This document shows, in pieces, positions 9,792 through 19,512 of a DNA stretch of 46,281 nucleotides (its first letter is position 1; each line of letters begins with the position of its first letter). The stretch is from Candidatus Iainarchaeum sp. (GTDB taxonomy: Archaea; Iainarchaeota; Iainarchaeia; Iainarchaeales; GCA-2688035). Location of the stretch: the NCBI GenBank assembly GCA_017610175.1, contig JAFCCO010000011.1, positions 1-46,281 on the forward strand, written 5' to 3'. Both the position numbers and the translations under genes were made by a program. Below the pieces are notes generated by a model, which was not told the origin of the DNA, did no database searches, and saw only the letters and a program-made list of their open reading frames with translations.

Positions 9792-12588
9792 GACACTTAT
9801 TGCATTAATGCTTTGCCTGCTGTTGGCGTCACTTGCAATGGCTGCACAGCCGGAGCTTCCTGACGCAAACGTTGATGCCAACGCAAACGCTGGGGTGGAC
9901 GCAAACGCCGGAGTGGATGTAAATGCGGACGCAAACCAGGAAGAGCCCCTGCCGGACGAGTGCTTTGCAGTTGGCCCGCCGTCATTTGATGACCCTGAAC
10001 TGGTTGCAACATGCGAAAAGCTTTCAACAGGCGGATGCACAGGACCCATTTTTGGGGGAGAACACTGCAGTTACAACAATGACTGGATGGCGCTGAGAAC
10101 CGGCGCAAAGGTTCTTACATTTAATATGGGGTGGACTCCTGATGTGGCGGTTGGAATTGACGGAAACACCTTTGTTGTGCCAATCTTTACAACACTAACG
10201 GTTGGCACTTTCACTGAATTTATTGCACTGTGCTTGGATGGTGCTTCTGGAGCATCATACCCGCACTCGGTTGACATGTATGTGGACGGGGACAGGATGA
10301 GCAGAAACTGGGATATAGCCGGCAGAGGCAGCTGTTTCGGGGGGTACATTCTTAGATTTATGGACAAGGATTTGAACTACACTTTCAACGTGCCGGGCTT
10401 CCACTATGTACGCCTTATCTTTGACACACAGCTAAATGGAATGTGCGCAAAGAACTTTGAGGACGGCGAGTTTGCAGTAATTGTAGTGCACCCGCTCCTC
10501 ACAATCAACGGAACAGACGACCAAATACTTTCATTTGAGGACGATGAAGAAACCAAAACAACTTATGTTACCTGGACCCTAAGAAACGCGGGGTCATCGC
10601 TTGCAAGAGTAAAGAGTGTTAGTCCAACAGGCTGTGAAGCAGGGGTTTCATGTGAAATTCTTGGCTTTGGGGTTGTTCGCGACTATGATGTGAAATGGGA
10701 AGTTGCCGCACTCGTAACCCTTGACGACGGAAACACAATGGATGTGTTTGAGTCGGGGGAGGGGGACTCAAATTTCTCAGTTACAATTGTTGCGGACGAG
10801 AACAGGGCAATCCAAAACGTCGAAATAGTTTCTGTTTCACCCGCAAATTCTGCTTTCTCGGAAACAATTGTGCAAAATGATGACAACACCTGGACTGTAA
10901 GCGGAGACGTAAATGTTGTTGACCAGGTTGGGGTTGCAATGGATTTGGAGCCCAACGAAAGCCTTGTGCTTGTCCAAAAAGTAACGGCCTCAAAACCGTC
11001 CTCCGCCGTTGCAAACAATTATTTGGGATTGGACGTTGAATACACCGATGAATTTGATGCAGGAACATTCTTCAAGTCAGGGGATGAGGTAAGAATTTCA
11101 AGGCTCTGGCTTGAAAGGCAGAAATTCCACGTTGAACTCTATGGGGGGGCCCAAGAGGCATGCATTGGAAAGGACGGAAGGCTTGGCAGCACAGGCCCGG
11201 GAGATGTTCCGCGCGTGCTCTTTGACTGGAGCTGGCCAACAATAAAAAGCGACACCTGCAACAAGAAGTTCGAGGGGCAGACAGACTTTGTATACTGTGA
11301 CCAAACCCAGTTTATGATGTCGCTGATTAACAGGCTGCACGAAATGGACAGGTTTGCAATGGACGGTAATTTAGACCGCGCGGCTTCACTTGAACACTTC
11401 CAGGCATACCTAATGGGCGGAACGTTCAATTCAGATTTCAGAAAGGACTTTGACAACTTCAACAGAAACATTGAAATAGAAACAGTGCAATGGTATCACC
11501 TTGATTCGGAAAAACCGTGGTACAAGTATGTTTTGAATGAAGAAAGCCTTGTGTTTGACGCGGATGAGATAACAACCGGATTGTATGATGTAAGCATTGA
11601 AATAGAGTTCCACCGCGACAAGTATGACTTCTTCCGCGAAGGCAAGCAACTTGCCGACATTAAGGTAAAGTTTACCAAAATAAGAAGCCCGTATTTTAAG
11701 AACCCGTTCTACTATCTCCCGCTCAACGGGGAAGTTGGATACTACCGCGTTGACGAGGACGGTTCTGTTGGAAGAAAAGGTTATGGGCTTGGGTTTGAAG
11801 GGGATGTTCTCACAATAGACAGCGGGGCATGGCTTTCAACCGAAACCGCAGATGGGAGTGCAATTGAAGGGCAAGACATGATTTCAACAAATTACAGCAG
11901 TGACTTTGACTCCCTTAACATAGCAAAGCGCGGAATTCTTCTCTCAGTATATCCCATAGGGGAACAGGTGTCTGCAATAGAATTCTCACCATCAGACGCC
12001 ACCCCTGTAATACTGCGCATTGACGGTGAAGGAAACGAGCGCATTGACGGTTATTACCAGCTTGTGGAGGAACCAAACAACCTAGTTTCATCACAGCACA
12101 ACTACCTGTCCCTTTGGACAGGGTTTGCTTCAAACCCAATGCAGTGCCTGAATTTTGACGAGTCCGCACTGCACTACCGCATGCCTGACTTAAGAGGCCA
12201 GGCCCAAACCGCTTCATCCCCAACAACAGCATACGGGTTTAGCTGGGCAGATGTTTCTGAGGAAAACAGGTCAGGAAGCCTGTTTATGCAGTCAGTGTTC
12301 TACACCCCAATAGACAAGGCAATGTCCCTAAGCACCGAATCTGCAAATATTGCGCTATTTGGCCCGGATGGTGGAGCCCCGACAATTGCACTGGATTACA
12401 TGCAAATGCAGCACACGCTTGAAAGCGTCTTCGAGCTTGTGGAACAGGGTTATGTTTGTTCAAGCATTGAGGGTGACGCGCTTGAATTCTGGTGGAACCC
12501 GCAGATGCTTAGAAGCGACCTTGACGCGGTTAAGGATGCGGAGATTGAGGAAAGCTGGATTTGCCAGGTTGAAACAGAGATAACATAG
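9784..12588 (+). CDS. Secreted cell-surface protein, paralog of the C-terminal part of the 2272-aa protein
   Basis: ATG at 9784 gives a clean signal peptide (MHKTLIALMLCLLLASLAMA) and overlaps the upstream stop; the ORF-track start at 9739 looks too early. The C-terminal region aligns by eye with 12685..19503. Confidence 0.72.
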   Translation: MHKTLIALMLCLLLASLAMAAQPELPDANVDANANAGVDANAGVDVNADANQEEPLPDECFAVGPPSFDDPELVATCEKLSTGGCTGPIFGGEHCSYNNDWMALRTGAKVLTFNMGWTPDVAVGIDGNTFVVPIFTTLTVGTFTEFIALCLDGASGASYPHSVDMYVDGDRMSRNWDIAGRGSCFGGYILRFMDKDLNYTFNVPGFHYVRLIFDTQLNGMCAKNFEDGEFAVIVVHPLLTINGTDDQILSFEDDEETKTTYVTWTLRNAGSSLARVKSVSPTGCEAGVSCEILGFGVVRDYDVKWEVAALVTLDDGNTMDVFESGEGDSNFSVTIVADENRAIQNVEIVSVSPANSAFSETIVQNDDNTWTVSGDVNVVDQVGVAMDLEPNESLVLVQKVTASKPSSAVANNYLGLDVEYTDEFDAGTFFKSGDEVRISRLWLERQKFHVELYGGAQEACIGKDGRLGSTGPGDVPRVLFDWSWPTIKSDTCNKKFEGQTDFVYCDQTQFMMSLINRLHEMDRFAMDGNLDRAASLEHFQAYLMGGTFNSDFRKDFDNFNRNIEIETVQWYHLDSEKPWYKYVLNEESLVFDADEITTGLYDVSIEIEFHRDKYDFFREGKQLADIKVKFTKIRSPYFKNPFYYLPLNGEVGYYRVDEDGSVGRKGYGLGFEGDVLTIDSGAWLSTETADGSAIEGQDMISTNYSSDFDSLNIAKRGILLSVYPIGEQVSAIEFSPSDATPVILRIDGEGNERIDGYYQLVEEPNNLVSSQHNYLSLWTGFASNPMQCLNFDESALHYRMPDLRGQAQTASSPTTAYGFSWADVSEENRSGSLFMQSVFYTPIDKAMSLSTESANIALFGPDGGAPTIALDYMQMQHTLESVFELVEQGYVCSSIEGDALEFWWNPQMLRSDLDAVKDAEIEESWICQVETEIT
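9862..9936 (+). repeat. Low-complexity D-A-N peptide repeat (DANVDANANAGVDANAGVDVNADAN)
   Basis: Imperfect tandem repeats shortly after the signal peptide. Confidence 0.75.
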
Positions 12589-12611
12589 CTGTTCAGCCCC
12601 CAAAACAAAAA

Positions 12612-12659
12612 TTTATTAATACTAAAAGTATTCTTATTTAACATTAGTATTCTTATTTA
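12612..12659 (+). promoter_or_regulatory. Putative promoter/operator upstream of the 2272-aa surface protein gene
   Basis: TATA-like TTTATTAA at 12612-12619, inverted repeat AATACT-aaa-AGTATT at 12618-12632, and a 14-bp direct repeat AGTATTCTTATTTA at 12627-12640 and 12646-12659. Confidence 0.5.
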
Positions 12660-12684
12660 GTGTTAAAAGGACTGTGATTAAGGA

Positions 12685-15600
12685 ATGGATGCGGGCGGTA
12701 CTGACATAGTAGGGGCAATAAAGAAGGGCTATTACTTCTTTGAGGACCGTTACTACAAGGTCTTGGACAAAATAAACAAGGTCATCCCGATTTACAAGAT
12801 AGTGGATCCGATTGACAAGGTTTTCCCTTCATTTATTTTGTTAATTTCGCTTGTGCTCTTTACCCTGCTTTTATTCCTAATAGTTAATCCCTTTGCACCG
12901 GGACTGCAGTACACAACAATTCTCAAGGTAACGGACCAAAGCAACAAGGTGCTGGAGGGCGCAACAATAGTTGTAAGTTCTGACTTTTTAGCCAAAAGCA
13001 TTGAGGACGAAACCGATGATTTCGGGGAACTTTCAGTGTCCATTCCTGCAGATGAATTTGGGGCGACAGTTTCGGTTTCATTGGACGGTTATGCTACAGT
13101 GGAAAAGGAAATAACCCTGACAGACGGGGACACAAAGACAATTAAGCTATCCAGGGCCACTGTTGAGTTTGAGGGAAAGGCTGAGCAGAGAACAATTCTC
13201 CTCTACAACTCGGTCACAGGGAGAAAGATTGACATTGAGGCAACCGTTGAATTCAGCTGTGCAAGCGGGCAAGGAAACCCGATTTCCCAAACAAGAAGTG
13301 ACGGCACATTTAAGGTAACCCAGCCGGCAAACTGCGGCAGATTAACAGCAACAGCCAGGGCAAACGGCTTCAAAAGCAAAAGCCGCGCCATAAGCCAGTC
13401 CCTCACCAGAATAAACCTCGAGTCTGAGGAAACAACTGGAAAAATTCTTGTTACGGTTAAAACATCTGAGGGTGATAATGCACCGGACGTCTCACTCTCC
13501 TTGCTTGACTCCACCACAAATTCCGAGGTTGCTTCAGGAAGCACATCCTCAAGCGGCACCTTCCAGTTTACTGATGTGCAGCCAGGAACATACAAAATAA
13601 ATGCCGCACCGCTCGCGGGTGCACCAACCACAAAAACAGGAATCAACGTTCAGGCAGGGCGCTCTGAAAGCGTGGTAATAAGCCTGCCTGAAGTGCTTGA
13701 GGGAAAAAACCTTTTCATAAAAGTTATTGATGCAAATGCAGGTACCAAGGTTGTGAACGCAAAAGTTGTTTTCTACAGTGGGGCAGAGCCCCTCAACTCA
13801 GGTGCGACACAGGTGGACGGCACAATCAGGCAGCAAATTTCAGATGCAAGCGCGCCCTACAGTGCTGTCGTAACCCACCCTGATTTCCTGACCTCAATTG
13901 TTCCAAGCGTTCCGGTTCAGGACGCGGCAGAAACCGAACCGTTTGAGGTTGAGCTTACAAGAAAAACAATAGCACCCCCCCACAATTATCCCCTGATTTT
14001 TGTGAAAGTTATTGACGAGGAAAGTGTTCCGGTTTCAGGGGCATCAATAGTTATTTACCACAAGGATTACCCTAATCTTCCGCTGAACTATCCTGCGGTG
14101 CAGTCAAATGCAGACGGAAACTACGTGTTTGATTCCCTGCATGAGGGCACGTACTTTGTGCTTGCCAGCAAAAACGAGGCAAGCGGCGAATCGGAGGAAT
14201 TCTTTGCCCCGAAAAACGAAAGCGTTTTCATAAGCGTGGTTGTTGTTTTGGGCGAAGGGGATGTGGAGGTTGTTGTAAGCCGGGCAGGAAGCGAGGAAAT
14301 GGTTGAAAATGCGACGGTTGAGTTCATCAATGTTGCCACAAACGAAGTTCTGGACAGCTGCACAACCGACATTGACGGTGAATGTGCGTCAAACCAAATT
14401 CCCGCAGACAAAAAGGTTTATGTAAAAGCGTCAGCCCCAACTTTCTTATCATCCCTTGGGTCGCGCGAAATAGACATTGTAAACAATTCAACTGCCGAAG
14501 AGCACATTGAGCTAATAAGCCTGAGTGACCTTCCAACCGACCAGGACATTATGGTTGAGTTTGTTAAAATTTGCGATGATGCGACCTGTGACGGGGAAGT
14601 CAATGTTCTTGAAAGCGACGCAGATGTAACGCTTTCATACTTTGCACGCTTCAATCTTTTGCTTCTAAAGGACTCGGTAACTTTTGACGAGGTAGTCCAG
14701 CACATCAGGGCAGGCTCAAATACGCAGCAGGAACTGCCTTCCGCAGGTTATGGAATAAGGCTTGAGGAAGGGGACCTTCCAGCCGCAGGAGGAATCCCAA
14801 GCTATTTAAGCTGCTGGGACAACACAAGCAATTTCTTTGAAAGGACCGACTGCACTGACAGGGGAAGCTACAAGATGGTTAATTTCCACTGGACTGACCT
14901 TGGCCAGATTTTAATTCCGGTAACCGTAAAATTCAACATAGAACCAGGCCTTGAAGACGGTGAAGAGATAAGGCTCTACTATGAGGGGCAGGCCGATACA
15001 AACACAGACACGCTTTCAACCCCTGAAAAGGTTGAGATTTTTTCAATAGGCGAGGTTTTCTGCGGTGACAACACAAGCTTTGCATGGCGCTTTGAGCTTG
15101 AAAATGAGGAAACAAACGAACGAACCAGAATTTCTGCAGGGGATGACGATGATGCAGTTCCAATTCAGGTGAATTCAAGATATGTCCTGGATTACTGGGT
15201 ATACAATTGCTCGGGTGGCAGAGTCAGTTCAGCCGTGCTGAATGCAGAAAACATTCATCCAAACGACAACAAGCCAATTGAATTCAGGGACGGGGCAGGG
15301 CAAGCGCTGGCGTCCGATGTTCCAATCGAACTTTTCTCACAGGCATTTCCAAACAGCACTGATTTGAACAGTGCGACAGGGGACGTTGACGGCATAAACA
15401 TGTTCACTGTGTTTGAAACAGGCGGAAGCCCAACCGAAGTCAGGCTGAGACTTACCGCGGACGGGGACGCACCAAACCAGAACGACGGTTCAGAGCAAAA
15501 CATATTCTTTGAAATAGAGGCTTCAGGGGAACTTGATTTAAGGTCGGTTCCTGAAAAGCTTTCAAACGTTGCACTGCACCCCGGGCTTGAGGGAATAGTT

Positions 15601-18600
15601 GTTGACAGGGCCACAGGCCTGCCAATTGAGGGGGCGTCGGTTAAGGTAACCATTCCAACAGCACCGGAACAGGAAATAACCGCACTTAATCCGACGAGCG
15701 CAACCGGTTTGTTTACATTTGGCGAAAGCATCCCGCAGCTTTTGTCGGTTAACAAAGTTACCCTTGAGGTAAGAAAGGCGGGCTATGCAATTCTGGAGCA
15801 GGATATTGATGTAGGGGGAATAGCCGTCATTTGGAACCCCGATTTTGACTGCATTGACATTGATCCTGTGGAAATTTCACTCAGAAGGGATCGGCCACAG
15901 AACATGGGTGACTTAACGATAAATACACAGGACTGCAACCGCGATGTCGAGATTTTGATTGAAAGCCCGCTTGTTGTAAGCGAAGACACTTTTACGCTTG
16001 CAAGCACGGATTCATACACAATAACTGTTGCCGCACAACATCCCCTCAACTACGGTTACCCCCTTGGAATAGGCGAATACCCCGTTTATGTAAGGGCACG
16101 CTTTGACGAGGATGAAGACGGCCAGTTTAATGCATTGGACGGCCCGCACAGCGGAAACCTCAAGAGGGCAAGAATATTCCTAACAGACCCGACAGTCTGC
16201 TTCAGGCTGGCCGACCCGGACGATCCGACAAATGAGGGCGCAATGAAAAGCAGCTTTGACTTAAGGGGCGAGCCTGATTCAGGGCTTATAGTTAATGATG
16301 AAGACGACTGTTTCCGATACATTGAGGACAGCTCACTTCCAATGCTTGCTCCACACTATCTTGAGCCCCCAATGAACGAGGGCGCTTTCTTAATTGACAT
16401 GGCCGAACTTAGAAGGGATCCGCCTGAAAAGGTTGTAATGACTGAGGTTTTAAGCAACCTGCATATCACTCCCGGTCACAATTATGAGGCAAGCGTTACT
16501 CCAAACGGGGGCTTTGTTTCACTGCAGTGGGTTGACTTCCTAATGACAGACGGTTCACACAATGGGGGGGACACACACAGGGTTTGGGCGCAGAGAATGA
16601 GGGACGGCTGCCAGGAGTCACTTACAGGTTCGGTTGTGGGCGATTGCTTCAACATCACAGGGCAATACCCTTACACTGCAGCACAATCGGGATGCAGAGA
16701 TGCTAGGCAGGCGGCGGACAAATGCCCGATTCCTGCACACCCAATTATTAGCAATGACACCGATCCGCAGAAAGACGGCTGGGTTGACACAGACACATAC
16801 CATCCAAACGACGCGGTCTACGAAACACAGGTAAGCGGTGCACCAATCTGGCAGGCAAGGCACAATATTTGCAACAACCAAACAGAATGCACTGTTGACG
16901 GCATTGGCCCAAAGCAATACTTTGTTGGAAAGAACGCGGACAAGTTTATTCTTGAGGTAGTGGGTGAAAGCACCGTGCTGAGCAAAGTGCAGTGGGAATA
17001 CTGGAATTACGACATTGACCACGAGGGGCAGATTGAATTTGAACTGGTCAACAATTCCGTTGTTGGCGAAAACTATGCCCTGCTAAAGGTCACTGACACA
17101 ATAAAGGAGCCGGGCGAGGTTGAAAACGAGGACGTTTCCTTTGACTGGGTTGTCACTGCAATCGGAAGCAAAGACTGGGTGGAGTTAGACAGCGTAATTG
17201 CTCCGGCCAATGCGGTTGAAATCCTGAGCACCAAAGTGCTTGGTGTTGCGGCAAGTGCGGACACAACCCCGCGAACCAAGGTATACAATTTTGACACATC
17301 GCTCAACCTTCACGGAAACCTCAATGATTTCTTCAATGACGAGCAATTCCAGCTGCTTGTGGCGGATTTGGGGGCAAACGAAATTGACATTGACGACTTT
17401 GCGCTGAAATTTTCACAAAATGCCACCTGCAAAACCAATGAGTGCATGAACAGCTTGTTTGTGCTGTTTTACACAGGCTCATGGGACTTTGCCCTAAATG
17501 GCGCAGACATGATTGATGGGAACGGGGAACTAATAAATGACGGCATATTCACAATGGACTTCCTTGAGATACAGGGTGCGCCGCAAAACATCAGGGCTTA
17601 CGCAATTATCCATGACGGCGAGCAAAGCGGAAGATTTACAGTGGAATCCCTTGACCAGAATACCGCATTCAGTGAGGAAGAGACAAATCTTGCAACTGCA
17701 AGCGGAACAGGGGTTATTCCCGCAGGGCAAAGCAAGTCATCTGCAATAAGCTTTAGTGTTGACATTCCGGACTCAAATGGCTACGAAATTGAGTATTATG
17801 TAAGTACCGACGCAGCCGGAGTTTCTGCCTTCTTTGATGAAATCGGAGCGCCGACAAGTACAAGCGACCCAAATGCGCAGATAATCGGTGAAATCTCAAC
17901 AAGAAAAGTTGCGAGAGTGGAAAACGTTGACTATATCCACGTAAGGCTTGTCGGGCAGGAAGCCATGGACTGCATTGGGTTTGACAACGCCATTGGCGCA
18001 ACCGGTGAGAAAAACAAGCCGCGTGTGCGCTTCAACTGGCAGTGGGACCTAATTGACAAGGACTTATGCAGCCAGGGCAACGAGAATTACATTTACTGTG
18101 ACTCAACACAGTTCACAATTTCACTGCTGCACAGGCTTGAGGAAATAAGGGCCCTTGCGCAGCTGGGAATTAATGAAGCAAACCTTGCCACAATACATGA
18201 GCTAAGGGAATTCAACGCATACCTTATAGAGGACAGTATCACAGAGGACTTTAGGAAAGACCTCAAGGATTATTTGATTAATGTTGCCTCTCCCGATCCG
18301 CAGGAAAGCCTGCTGGCTGATGACCATCCGTGGCAGGAGTATCTTGAGCAGGGAGACGATTATTCAAGGCTTAATTTCAGCAACACAGTTCTTGAAGCAG
18401 GCCTTTACAATGTATCCATAAGCTTCAGCTTTGACTTGCCGCAGCTCCAGTACAACTTTTTCGGCGGGGACTGCATACCGGACTGTGGGAGCAAGGACCT
18501 CATTGGAACAATTAATGTCTCCCTTGAAAAGATTTCGGGCCCACCGGTTAACAGCCCGTTCTACAGGCTGCCTTTCGACGGGTCGGTTGGGGAGCTTGCA

Positions 18601-19503
18601 GACGGGGGCTTTGACAGGCAAGGATACGGTGTGTTCTTTACAAATGTGGATTCCCCGATTGTTTTGATTGGGGACCTGGAAAGTGAAGAGGACTATCTGC
18701 GCACTGTCTCAGACTCAGGTTTCAAAGAGCTTGTAACAATTTTTGAGGAAGACATCTCCTTCCTGAATGCAGAGGAAGCAACAAAGGGACAGCTTTTGAC
18801 CATTACAAAAGAGGAGAGCCCGACAATGGAGTTCTCTCCAAGTATTGCAACACCTGTGCTTCTTGAAATGAACTCACCGGGCGGGGCATCGGAGGCATTC
18901 TATTACTTGCTTAAGACCGATACCGCACTTACATCCGGTGGAATAATGAGCATGTGGTTTGGAACAGGCAGCACTATGGGTGACGGCCCAAGCCAGTGCA
19001 GAACATTTGGCGGGGCACAAATGCCTTACATACAAAAGGACCAGTCTGCCCAGAACTTCCCGGGTGCATGTGCCGCAGAACTTCCACAGTCATTCTACAA
19101 TGCATCATACGGCTTCAAGTACGACGGTGTTGAAGTGGATGAGAAAGTCTTCTTTGAAACAGTGTTCTTTATTCCTGAAAGCATGAAGAAAGAGGTTGTG
19201 TTGATTGACAGCTGCGGCAACAGCAGCAGTGCAGTGTTCCACGCCCCATCTGCAAGCACTGCCGGAACCGCTCAGCTTGACATAAGCATGGAGAGCCAAA
19301 ACCGCATTGTTTCCGTGCAGGATGTAATTGACTTTGTGGGAGACGGCCGTGTATGTGTTTACGAGGATTCAGACAAGATTTCGTTCAGGTGGAACCCGCA
19401 GAGGCTAATTGATGATTTGGACGAGGTCAAGGCAAACATCCCGGGCATTGTTGACTGGGAAACGGATGCACGCTGCAACGTAAAGAGGCCGGGCGTATCC
19501 TAA
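12685..19503 (+). CDS. Giant (2272 aa) membrane-anchored cell-surface protein with tandem beta-sandwich repeats
   Basis: Shares the N-terminal motif of 3589..8064 (KKxYYxFExxYYxxLDKxNxxxPIYKxxDPIDKVFPSFIL plus TM). Acidic, with Ig-like repeats and Cys-rich inserts. Confidence 0.78.
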   Translation: MDAGGTDIVGAIKKGYYFFEDRYYKVLDKINKVIPIYKIVDPIDKVFPSFILLISLVLFTLLLFLIVNPFAPGLQYTTILKVTDQSNKVLEGATIVVSSDFLAKSIEDETDDFGELSVSIPADEFGATVSVSLDGYATVEKEITLTDGDTKTIKLSRATVEFEGKAEQRTILLYNSVTGRKIDIEATVEFSCASGQGNPISQTRSDGTFKVTQPANCGRLTATARANGFKSKSRAISQSLTRINLESEETTGKILVTVKTSEGDNAPDVSLSLLDSTTNSEVASGSTSSSGTFQFTDVQPGTYKINAAPLAGAPTTKTGINVQAGRSESVVISLPEVLEGKNLFIKVIDANAGTKVVNAKVVFYSGAEPLNSGATQVDGTIRQQISDASAPYSAVVTHPDFLTSIVPSVPVQDAAETEPFEVELTRKTIAPPHNYPLIFVKVIDEESVPVSGASIVIYHKDYPNLPLNYPAVQSNADGNYVFDSLHEGTYFVLASKNEASGESEEFFAPKNESVFISVVVVLGEGDVEVVVSRAGSEEMVENATVEFINVATNEVLDSCTTDIDGECASNQIPADKKVYVKASAPTFLSSLGSREIDIVNNSTAEEHIELISLSDLPTDQDIMVEFVKICDDATCDGEVNVLESDADVTLSYFARFNLLLLKDSVTFDEVVQHIRAGSNTQQELPSAGYGIRLEEGDLPAAGGIPSYLSCWDNTSNFFERTDCTDRGSYKMVNFHWTDLGQILIPVTVKFNIEPGLEDGEEIRLYYEGQADTNTDTLSTPEKVEIFSIGEVFCGDNTSFAWRFELENEETNERTRISAGDDDDAVPIQVNSRYVLDYWVYNCSGGRVSSAVLNAENIHPNDNKPIEFRDGAGQALASDVPIELFSQAFPNSTDLNSATGDVDGINMFTVFETGGSPTEVRLRLTADGDAPNQNDGSEQNIFFEIEASGELDLRSVPEKLSNVALHPGLEGIVVDRATGLPIEGASVKVTIPTAPEQEITALNPTSATGLFTFGESIPQLLSVNKVTLEVRKAGYAILEQDIDVGGIAVIWNPDFDCIDIDPVEISLRRDRPQNMGDLTINTQDCNRDVEILIESPLVVSEDTFTLASTDSYTITVAAQHPLNYGYPLGIGEYPVYVRARFDEDEDGQFNALDGPHSGNLKRARIFLTDPTVCFRLADPDDPTNEGAMKSSFDLRGEPDSGLIVNDEDDCFRYIEDSSLPMLAPHYLEPPMNEGAFLIDMAELRRDPPEKVVMTEVLSNLHITPGHNYEASVTPNGGFVSLQWVDFLMTDGSHNGGDTHRVWAQRMRDGCQESLTGSVVGDCFNITGQYPYTAAQSGCRDARQAADKCPIPAHPIISNDTDPQKDGWVDTDTYHPNDAVYETQVSGAPIWQARHNICNNQTECTVDGIGPKQYFVGKNADKFILEVVGESTVLSKVQWEYWNYDIDHEGQIEFELVNNSVVGENYALLKVTDTIKEPGEVENEDVSFDWVVTAIGSKDWVELDSVIAPANAVEILSTKVLGVAASADTTPRTKVYNFDTSLNLHGNLNDFFNDEQFQLLVADLGANEIDIDDFALKFSQNATCKTNECMNSLFVLFYTGSWDFALNGADMIDGNGELINDGIFTMDFLEIQGAPQNIRAYAIIHDGEQSGRFTVESLDQNTAFSEEETNLATASGTGVIPAGQSKSSAISFSVDIPDSNGYEIEYYVSTDAAGVSAFFDEIGAPTSTSDPNAQIIGEISTRKVARVENVDYIHVRLVGQEAMDCIGFDNAIGATGEKNKPRVRFNWQWDLIDKDLCSQGNENYIYCDSTQFTISLLHRLEEIRALAQLGINEANLATIHELREFNAYLIEDSITEDFRKDLKDYLINVASPDPQESLLADDHPWQEYLEQGDDYSRLNFSNTVLEAGLYNVSISFSFDLPQLQYNFFGGDCIPDCGSKDLIGTINVSLEKISGPPVNSPFYRLPFDGSVGELADGGFDRQGYGVFFTNVDSPIVLIGDLESEEDYLRTVSDSGFKELVTIFEEDISFLNAEEATKGQLLTITKEESPTMEFSPSIATPVLLEMNSPGGASEAFYYLLKTDTALTSGGIMSMWFGTGSTMGDGPSQCRTFGGAQMPYIQKDQSAQNFPGACAAELPQSFYNASYGFKYDGVEVDEKVFFETVFFIPESMKKEVVLIDSCGNSSSAVFHAPSASTAGTAQLDISMESQNRIVSVQDVIDFVGDGRVCVYEDSDKISFRWNPQRLIDDLDEVKANIPGIVDWETDARCNVKRPGVS

Positions 19504-19512
19504 TTCATTTCA

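Noticed and set aside
12721-12744. KKG|YYFFE at the N-terminus of the 2272-aa protein resembles a class III (type IV pilin) cleavage motif and lies upstream of a prepilin peptidase gene
   Set aside because: No hydrophobic helix follows directly (DRYYKVLDK), and the paralogue has Ile instead of Gly (KKIYYLFE).
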